From sequence record NC_100331.1: a DNA stretch of 64,000 nucleotides. One strand, given 5' to 3'. The notes beneath the pieces are model-generated. The model had not been told where the DNA came from, ran no database searches, and worked only from the letters and a program-made list of their open reading frames with translations. Position numbers and translations under genes: made by a program. This DNA comes from Escherichia phage vB_EcoS_HASG4. Shown here one piece after another: positions 57,296-64,000 of this stretch (the stretch's first letter is position 1; every line of letters begins with the position of its first letter).

Positions 57296-58109
57296 ATTAA
57301 TTATTATTAGCGGTGCAGGTTTGAGTGTTGAAAGTGGTGTACGAGCCTTCCGTACTGATACTGCTAGTGGTAAAGCATTGTGGGATGATTATGACTTAGA
57401 AGAGGTATGTAATATTCATGCCTTTCGTGGTAATTTTTATCATAAAACTCATATGTTTTACAACAAGCGTCGTGAAGAGCTAAAAACTGTTGAACCCAAT
57501 CTTGCACACTTGCGTATTGGTGAATGGTATAAGAAATATCCAGGTCAAGTAGTAAACTTGACTACCAACGTTGATGACCTTATTGAGCGTGCTGGAGTAC
57601 CAAAAGAAGACATACTCCATATTCATGGGTACCTGAAAGAAATTATCGTAGAGCACGCATTCGACCAGACACATGATATTATTGATATTGGATATAGTTC
57701 TATTGACCCCGATGACTTTGACTGGGTTAAACCTAATGTAATTTTCTTTGGGGAACATGCTCCAGCGTACAAAACAATGTATGAGATTTTTGATGGCATT
57801 ACCAGTCAAGATATGATCATTGTGGTTGGTTGCTCTAACCAAGTAATTAACTTCTACTGGGAATTATTTCCTGTTCTTAATCTGACTGCTGCAAAACTTA
57901 TGGTAGTTAACTACTATGATAGTGCCCTAGCAGCGGAACCAGGCTATCAAGGTATGACTCGTAGTGAGATGTACCAGTTGGAAGAACGTGGGATCCCTTA
58001 CTGGAGTAAAGGTGCGGTGGATGCTTTTAGTGACCCGGGTTTTATTGCTCGTGTAGAAGCTCATCTAGAGGGTAGACCTTATATGCCGGGGAAACAAATA
58101 TGTCCATAA
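57288..58109 (+). CDS. Sir2-like (sirtuin family) protein
   Basis: 273 aa; N-terminal GAGLSVESGVRAFR matches Sir2 NAD-binding motif. Confidence 0.7.
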   Translation: MRRLIIISGAGLSVESGVRAFRTDTASGKALWDDYDLEEVCNIHAFRGNFYHKTHMFYNKRREELKTVEPNLAHLRIGEWYKKYPGQVVNLTTNVDDLIERAGVPKEDILHIHGYLKEIIVEHAFDQTHDIIDIGYSSIDPDDFDWVKPNVIFFGEHAPAYKTMYEIFDGITSQDMIIVVGCSNQVINFYWELFPVLNLTAAKLMVVNYYDSALAAEPGYQGMTRSEMYQLEERGIPYWSKGAVDAFSDPGFIARVEAHLEGRPYMPGKQICP

Positions 58110-58282
58110 TTAAATCTGTGTATACACACCCTGATGATATATTTGTATGGGCGGACGGTAGTTGGTGCTATCGCTGTGAGCTGTGGGAAATGGACTATAA
58201 ATCCGATGACTATGGTGTCATATATGTTGATACGGTTGAGTATGATACGTTCTTAGAAAGGGACAAAAGTGGAAATAAGTAA
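58100..58282 (+). CDS. small hypothetical protein
   Basis: 60 aa. Confidence 0.4.
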   Translation: MSIIKSVYTHPDDIFVWADGSWCYRCELWEMDYKSDDYGVIYVDTVEYDTFLERDKSGNK

Positions 58283-58775
58283 TACTCCGATTATTTTTCT
58301 AGACATTGATGGAGTGCTCAATTCGAGCATCTCCCACCATCATGCACCTGATGATGAAAAGATTTTCTTTGGAAGTGACTGGGTTTTCAAACCGCTTCTC
58401 AAGGCTTTTCAGGACTTTATTCGTCCTTCTCCGATAATGATTGTTGGAGTATCCTCATGGTTCTCTGTCAGGAATGAGGTGGAGAACGTTCACATTATGA
58501 CCGGATTAGGTCTTATCGATCGTTTTCTAGGTACAACGGATTTTACGGGGGGTGGATTATCTAGGGGTAATTCTGTTCTTCGTTTCGTTGAAAAGCATAA
58601 GCTCAAACATTGGTGTGTGCTGGATGACGCTGGTGCTATGATGTATCAGTATCCAACAGTTATAGTCAATGGTAGGACTGGGATAAATCTTCAAGATTTA
58701 AAAGCTGTTAGCTATATGCTAGAATTTAGCCCAGATCTTGAAATGTGTAAATCCTTACAACAATTTAAGGTGTAA
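58269..58775 (+). CDS. HAD-like phosphatase candidate
   Basis: 168 aa; N-terminal FLDIDGVLN (DxDG motif). Confidence 0.55.
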   Translation: MEISNTPIIFLDIDGVLNSSISHHHAPDDEKIFFGSDWVFKPLLKAFQDFIRPSPIMIVGVSSWFSVRNEVENVHIMTGLGLIDRFLGTTDFTGGGLSRGNSVLRFVEKHKLKHWCVLDDAGAMMYQYPTVIVNGRTGINLQDLKAVSYMLEFSPDLEMCKSLQQFKV

Positions 58776-58777
58776 AT

Positions 58778-59206
58778 ATGTTCAATAATGTATTCTCTAA
58801 AGAAGCTAACCCAATTTTGGTTAACTTTTGGCGTACTCTCCCGGCTAGCCTGTATAATGAGGCTATTAACTCCTTGAAAATATGGTGTGAGAATAACGAA
58901 ATCTCCTTTGCTTTTAAAGATGATATTGATGAGGCTCCCTGTATTGGTTTAATTGTTCAGGTAGAGGAGGGTCTTGAAGAAATTGTCGGCTGGAAAGAGT
59001 TAGATGAAATGGGCTTAGTTTTTGCGTTAAACTATAAGCTGTTTATGCCTGCTAAGCATCGCCTCGTTGTTAACTATAAAACTAGTGAATCTCCTGGTTT
59101 TCAGGTTAATGAACGTTACGGTTGGTCTTACTCACCGGAAGAAGTGAATGAGGGGATTCAGAAACTTCGACGTTTCGGGTATATGATCCCAGGTTTAACT
59201 GCTTAA
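58778..59206 (+). CDS. hypothetical protein (paralog family member 1)
   Basis: 142 aa; shares ELDW/EMGL..ALN..LF.P pattern with next ORF. Confidence 0.55.
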   Translation: MFNNVFSKEANPILVNFWRTLPASLYNEAINSLKIWCENNEISFAFKDDIDEAPCIGLIVQVEEGLEEIVGWKELDEMGLVFALNYKLFMPAKHRLVVNYKTSESPGFQVNERYGWSYSPEEVNEGIQKLRRFGYMIPGLTA

Positions 59207-59215
59207 GGAGGCAGA

Positions 59216-59608
59216 ATGGAACAAGTATATTGGCGTCAGATTGACCCTAGTTTGGTGAAACGTGCGGAGAAGCTGCTACAACGTTGGTTGGGGGTAAGAC
59301 AAGCCTCCTTCACTTTTCCGGAGCAGCAAATAGACGATCCTTGTGTTGGTGTTTTCCTATCAGGCTACGCTAGGGAATGGGAATTGGATTGGAATGAATT
59401 GTCTGCTATGGGTTTAATTGTTGCACTAAATTTCTCTTTGTTCCATCCCCGTGGTTTGGCCATATGTCGTGTGCCTGATGACGGTTGTTCGCCCCATCTT
59501 TTACAGATGGAAGATGATATTTGGGAGTACACTCCAGATATTCTCAAAGAAGCTAAAGAACAATTAAATCGTGTTGGAATCTATGTTCTGGGGCTAAATG
59601 ATGAATAA
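59216..59608 (+). CDS. hypothetical protein (paralog family member 2)
   Basis: 130 aa; RBS AAGGAGG. Confidence 0.55.
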   Translation: MEQVYWRQIDPSLVKRAEKLLQRWLGVRQASFTFPEQQIDDPCVGVFLSGYAREWELDWNELSAMGLIVALNFSLFHPRGLAICRVPDDGCSPHLLQMEDDIWEYTPDILKEAKEQLNRVGIYVLGLNDE

Positions 59609-59795
59609 GGGATTTTGGAAAATAAAAGGTAAAATTTCTAAGTGGAATACTACAGGGAAAATTAGTAAGTCTCTAGAGATAGAGATAGCTAGAATGTTTA
59701 CTGATCCTGATTTTGATATAGGAAAACTAAGTAAAATAGATGCTAAAAAAGTAGATAAGTATATAGAAGAGATTAGAAGTATTTTAAGTGTCTAA
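59598..59795 (+). CDS. small hypothetical protein
   Basis: 65 aa. Confidence 0.4.
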   Translation: MMNKGFWKIKGKISKWNTTGKISKSLEIEIARMFTDPDFDIGKLSKIDAKKVDKYIEEIRSILSV

Positions 59796-59804
59796 TACAC
59801 ATAA

Positions 59805-59828
59805 CCGAGTCATTTTGGCTCGGTTTTA
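59805..59828 (+). terminator. rho-independent terminator
   Basis: ccgagtcattttggctcgg followed by tttt. Confidence 0.7.
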
Positions 59829-59871
59829 TCCGTACTCAAGACCAATGATAGCATTCTCTTTAAAAATTTAC

Positions 59872-59900
59872 TTGCACGATGCTCAAAATCTTGATATAAT
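59872..59900 (+). promoter_or_regulatory. sigma70-type promoter (TTGCAC-17-TATAAT)
   Basis: ttgcac 59872-59877, tataat 59895-59900. Confidence 0.6.
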
Positions 59901-60399
59901 AGTTATATTGAATTGAGAGACATTAGTAAAAATTGATTTTGCTAATTTTTCTTGTTTACAATCCGCGATACGGAACAGTTAGGCTGCCCCATTAAGGGTT
60001 GTTTTAACTGTTACGTGTTAGTTTTTAAACAAATAATTAATAGAATACTTAGCGATCTACACCCCGTAGGAACCCTGGTAAGGCCTCGAAGCAACCTAGT
60101 GTGAGGTGGTTGTGAAGTGAGACGGGAAGAGTGAAAAACTCTGAGAAGTGATGACGTAAGGTATACTGCATCTAGTATGAGCTAGTACATGAAGCATTAG
60201 GTGAGCAAATCTGGCTTAGCGGCCATCCTCAAGGATTTGTGCGGTATAGTGAAGCGGCAGTGTAGCGTGAAAGTGGAAGTTGCCACCCCACTTCAGTATT
60301 TGCAATTAATTTGTTGAGAAATTGACAGTAACAGTTGTTCTATTCTTTCTGAATAGTCCTAAAGAAAACTTATTTCATTTCCAACACAGGAGTATTGTT

Positions 60400-63189
60400 G
60401 TGTTTTCAATCCTACAAGGTCATGCAGGATTTCATCGCGATTTAGCCACAGGCAATTGGCGAGAAGTTAAAGCAGAAGACTATCTTTTTGCTAAAAGATT
60501 TTCCTCAAAGCATCCTGAAGGTAAACCAGCTTCAATGCCCTTCAAGTTTGATGTAATTGACGAAATTGATCCTCAAACCCTAGTAGAAATGCTTCCTCTT
60601 ATGAGACGTTTAACGTCTGACCCTCATATCGTTGCGGTACGAGGTCGATGTCTTGCACCTAAAAATAATGTGCGACGTAAGAAGGGCAACTTTAATGTAT
60701 CTAATCCAAGTCATATAATCGCAATGGATGTGGATGGTATTGTAGATACAGGAGGTTGTAACAAGTTTGATCTTGTTGGTATGGCTCGACATATTATTAG
60801 GATGTTAAATAGTATTAGTGAGGATATGTTTCCTCTTGATGCAGGGTTTATTGCTCATGCATCATCTTCGGCTGGCCTAAAACCAGGTATCCGAATGCAC
60901 TTAATACTAGAATCTAATGTTAAAGTTACACAGGGTCAGATCAAGTTCTTATTTACATCTATCAACGAAAGTAGTAGACAAAAGTATGGCTTTGATATTG
61001 CCGACTTAGCTTATTACTCCTCCGTACAGCTTCATTACTTTGCAGATCCTTTATTTATTGATGGTATAGTCGATCCGTTTAAAGCGGAGGGTGCTTCACG
61101 TCTGGTATTTGTTAAGGGTTCGAAGGTAAATTTGCCTAATAATCTAGTTGACTATGAAACAACTAGAGGTGAGTTTAAGGAGGAGTTCTATTCTTTACTC
61201 GACCAAATTAAAGGTAAAAAAGCTGCCTCTGATAAAGTAGAGGAAACTATCAGCGAACTAGAAGAAGCTGAGGATGGAGTGTATCTACGTATTATTCCAA
61301 AGCTATATCACCGAGCGCTAGAGGATGGAGTAGATTTTGGTTGGCTAGAAAAAGAAATCCGCCCAGCTTTATCAGAATATATTGCAACTAAAGATAATAG
61401 CCGTAATATTCAGGATTATTTCAATAACGGACGGAAGCAGGCATTAAAAGCCTTTGTGAATAACTCTAAGCGTGAGATCCCTGAAGTATTAAAAGGTATC
61501 CCCCTTAAAAAGCTAGAAACTAATTCACTAGAGACCGACAACTTCTTGAAATTAAATACTGTACCACCAGAAGGTTATATGACTTTTGTAAAAGCAAGTC
61601 TAGGTACAGGTAAAACTACGGCGGTTGTGCGTTGGTTAGATTCAGGAGTTATTAAGGGTAATTTCTTAGCAATTACCAATACTCGAGCACTGGTATCTTC
61701 AAATGCTAAGAAATTTAGTGCAGGACAATATGATAAGTCTGTAGATATGCTTAATTTTAAGCGTGGTGCTATTGACCGTATGTCCACAACTATTCACTCT
61801 TTGCATAAGTTCAAGAGTTTTATTGGTCAAATTGATGCAATCTTTATCGATGAATGTGATGCAGTAATGAATGACCTATTATTCGCCCCAGTTGTTAAGC
61901 AACGTCGTGAGTGTATTCAGGTTCTTCGTGATATTCTTGCAACTGCAAAAATCATTATACTATCAGATGGTGATATTAGTGCTGAAACAATTGAAGCATA
62001 TGGTTCTTTAATTGAGTTCGATAAACCAGTAGCATTTTACAATCATCACCGTAAAATGCTGTCAAAAGCTCATGCTTATGAGTTCCCTGATGAGTCCAGT
62101 ATTTGGGTTGCACTTCAGACTTCTCTAGAGATGGGTGAGAAATCTATTCTAGTATCTGATTGTGGCCCTGATGAGCTTAATGAGAAGGGTATGGCACTAC
62201 GTCGTAATACGGGTGCATTAGTTAAGGAAATCCATTCAAACTCTACCTCAGATGTGGATATTCGACGTATTCTGGATTACACAACTAATGAGTTAATTGA
62301 TCAACAAATTGATTGCTTATTATGTAGTCCATCCGTAACGAGTGGAGTTGACTTCAACTATTTTGATAACGTATTTGTTATTACTAGAACCAGTAATCAA
62401 GCGCCAAACATGCGTTTCCAAGCAATCAGGCGCGACCGTGGTGCTCAGAATATCTATTATTTTATTGATAAATCCACTAGTGGATTCTCCGCAGGTTCTG
62501 AACAGTATAACATTGATGAGGGTTGGCTGGAGTTAGCACAGCAATTATACGCACGTCGCAGGGAGCTGGAATCTAGGAACTATACTAGTACTTTACGTTA
62601 TTACTTGCTTGATCAGGGTGCAACTATTGATATTTTCAGCGAAAGCTGGGGAACTATTGAAGGTGCTGGTAAAGAGTACACAGAAGAGCGAATTAAAGCT
62701 ATTCTACATTCAACTCCGGATTATTGTGCTCCACGTCATGCGGATGCGTATGAAGCTAAGCTACTTCTTGTTCGCTATTATCATCTTGAGTCTATTAAAG
62801 ATGTAACAGTTGAGCATGTTGAACAATATATCAAGGATAAACCGAATGATCGAGCAGCATTCTTCCATAAAATGCACGCGATGTTCTGGGAAGATATTAA
62901 GAAGTGTTCAAATGTCACTATCAAACCTTTCATAGAAGCTCTGAAAGGTAAGAAGAAAGATTTCTTCCTTAAAACAGGTCAGAGTGCTAACCCAAAATAT
63001 GCGAGAATGTATCTTGGTATGATGGGTATTGGTAAGGATATGAACACTGAAAATATTGTAGACTGGTACAGAACCTATTGTAAAATCGAGTGTATGCCAA
63101 TTCCTTATAAGTTCATGACTGACGAGGAAAAACATATGCATGATGAAGCAATGTCAGAGCTAGGTGCTAGAAATGACAGTGAAGAATAA
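60400..63189 (+). CDS. SF2-type helicase-like protein (replication-origin-binding-like)
   Basis: start set at GTG 60400 after AGGAG (track uses TTG 60322); Walker A GTGKTT, Walker B IFIDECD; ~929 aa. Confidence 0.75.
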   Translation: MFSILQGHAGFHRDLATGNWREVKAEDYLFAKRFSSKHPEGKPASMPFKFDVIDEIDPQTLVEMLPLMRRLTSDPHIVAVRGRCLAPKNNVRRKKGNFNVSNPSHIIAMDVDGIVDTGGCNKFDLVGMARHIIRMLNSISEDMFPLDAGFIAHASSSAGLKPGIRMHLILESNVKVTQGQIKFLFTSINESSRQKYGFDIADLAYYSSVQLHYFADPLFIDGIVDPFKAEGASRLVFVKGSKVNLPNNLVDYETTRGEFKEEFYSLLDQIKGKKAASDKVEETISELEEAEDGVYLRIIPKLYHRALEDGVDFGWLEKEIRPALSEYIATKDNSRNIQDYFNNGRKQALKAFVNNSKREIPEVLKGIPLKKLETNSLETDNFLKLNTVPPEGYMTFVKASLGTGKTTAVVRWLDSGVIKGNFLAITNTRALVSSNAKKFSAGQYDKSVDMLNFKRGAIDRMSTTIHSLHKFKSFIGQIDAIFIDECDAVMNDLLFAPVVKQRRECIQVLRDILATAKIIILSDGDISAETIEAYGSLIEFDKPVAFYNHHRKMLSKAHAYEFPDESSIWVALQTSLEMGEKSILVSDCGPDELNEKGMALRRNTGALVKEIHSNSTSDVDIRRILDYTTNELIDQQIDCLLCSPSVTSGVDFNYFDNVFVITRTSNQAPNMRFQAIRRDRGAQNIYYFIDKSTSGFSAGSEQYNIDEGWLELAQQLYARRRELESRNYTSTLRYYLLDQGATIDIFSESWGTIEGAGKEYTEERIKAILHSTPDYCAPRHADAYEAKLLLVRYYHLESIKDVTVEHVEQYIKDKPNDRAAFFHKMHAMFWEDIKKCSNVTIKPFIEALKGKKKDFFLKTGQSANPKYARMYLGMMGIGKDMNTENIVDWYRTYCKIECMPIPYKFMTDEEKHMHDEAMSELGARNDSEE

Positions 63190-63406
63190 AAAATGGGAAA
63201 CAAGGAAGTTTCCAGTAAAAGAGCGTAAAGTTCCTGTTTATGATACTTCGGAGAAGCTATGTAGGGTGGTACCGCACAGATTAGCTGGCATCCCTAACAT
63301 ATCCGAATGGTTACTTAAACAACGGAGGACTAGCGTATCCCTTCGCATAGGGTTTGAGTTAGATAAAGTATATGCTGAACTTTCTTCTTTGCTCAAGGAA
63401 TCGTAA
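63173..63406 (+). CDS. small hypothetical protein
   Basis: ORF 63164-63406 trimmed; overlaps helicase stop. Confidence 0.35.
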   Translation: MTVKNKKWETRKFPVKERKVPVYDTSEKLCRVVPHRLAGIPNISEWLLKQRRTSVSLRIGFELDKVYAELSSLLKES

Positions 63407-63414
63407 AAATTTAT

Positions 63415-63443
63415 TTGCATAGTTCAAAAAATTTCTGTATAAT
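63415..63443 (+). promoter_or_regulatory. T5 PN25-like early promoter
   Basis: ttgcat-17-tataat with leader agattcataaatttgagagaggag; recognised from memory as near-identical to T5 PN25. Confidence 0.75.
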
Positions 63444-63474
63444 AGATTCATAAATTTGAGAGAGGAGTTTAAAT

Positions 63475-64000
63475 ATGGCCGGTTCTCGCAGAAAGAAACA
63501 TATCCATGAAATCCCGGATGAAGTCTTTAAAAAGGTTATAGAGCATCTGGAGAACGGTGGTACCAAGAAAGCAGCTTGTGAAATGATCGGCGTATCATCC
63601 AATCCGACTATGGAAAGGATGATAGAAGAGTGGCAAGATCGCCAAATTCAAGTTGCCGAGATGAAGAAAAAGAAACGTGGTACACTCATTGAAGGTATTG
63701 AGTTGGCCAACGTTATTGAACAATATCTATCTGGTGATTCTTTTGAAGAGATTGCCGATCGTAATTACCGCTCTGTAGCAATGGTTAAATCTGTTCTGGA
63801 ACGCTATGGCGCTCTGCTTCGTTTGAATGATATTGTAGATCCATTGAATCCACCAATTATTCCTGATGATGCTGTAGCAGAAGAATTTGAGGTTGGAGAA
63901 CTTGTTTGGGTTCCTGGATACCAGTGTATCGGTGAAATCAAAAAAGCAATGGATAATCCTGTTGGTTGCTATCGTGTATGGCTTCTATCGGAAGGCAAAC
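63475..64000 (+). CDS. hypothetical protein, 3'-truncated by window end
   Basis: ATG at 63475 after GAGAGGAG; open to window end; MAGSRRKKHIHEIPDEVFKK. Confidence 0.6.
   Translation, partial: MAGSRRKKHIHEIPDEVFKKVIEHLENGGTKKAACEMIGVSSNPTMERMIEEWQDRQIQVAEMKKKKRGTLIEGIELANVIEQYLSGDSFEEIADRNYRSVAMVKSVLERYGALLRLNDIVDPLNPPIIPDDAVAEEFEVGELVWVPGYQCIGEIKKAMDNPVGCYRVWLLSEGK

Noticed and set aside
60322-60399. TTG start of the 955-aa ORF given by the track
   Set aside because: No RBS; an AGGAG-supported in-frame GTG at 60400 is a better start, so the CDS was shortened.
1-64000. Integrated prophage or mobile-element boundary (integrase, transposase, att sites)
   Set aside because: No integrase, recombinase or transposase-like ORF and no flanking bacterial housekeeping genes; content is consistent with a virulent phage genome end.

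Overview
This window reads as the left ~64 kb of a T5-like virulent siphophage genome; that identification rests on gene content and on a promoter at 63415-63443 that I recognise from memory as T5 PN25-like, not on any search. From the left: a pre-early, first-step-transfer-type block (HAD 5'-nucleotidase dmp-like, 554-aa A1-like metallophosphoesterase, A2-like ORF, then divergent small plus-strand genes); a ~1.8 kb repeat-rich non-coding region (palindromes, GTGCRAATCCGAC repeats, DnaA boxes) resembling the T5 injection-stop/terminal-repeat boundary; a long minus-strand early region (phosphatases, thioredoxin-like, HNH endonucleases, holin/endolysin, dNMP kinase, spanin-like pair, GrcA-like glycyl-radical protein); a cluster of ~26 tRNA genes plus several tRNA-like RNAs; a nucleotide-metabolism block (RNase H, ThyA, DHFR, NrdB, NrdA, PhoH); and a plus-strand block (NrdD, Sir2-like, HAD-like, SF2 helicase-like). 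Nearly every early gene carries its own conserved promoter-leader-RBS cassette. The most unusual element is an opposite-strand, host-type-promoter-driven operon of three low-complexity proteins convergent with an SPFH/band-7 membrane protein, inserted between tRNA genes (37.8-40.6 kb). Other candidates for follow-up are a NADAR-family protein, a Sir2-like/HAD locus, NrdD plus GrcA with no NrdG, and tRNA-like RNAs of atypical length. All tRNA boundaries and anticodons were folded by hand and need tRNAscan-SE/ARAGORN confirmation; no database searches were run.
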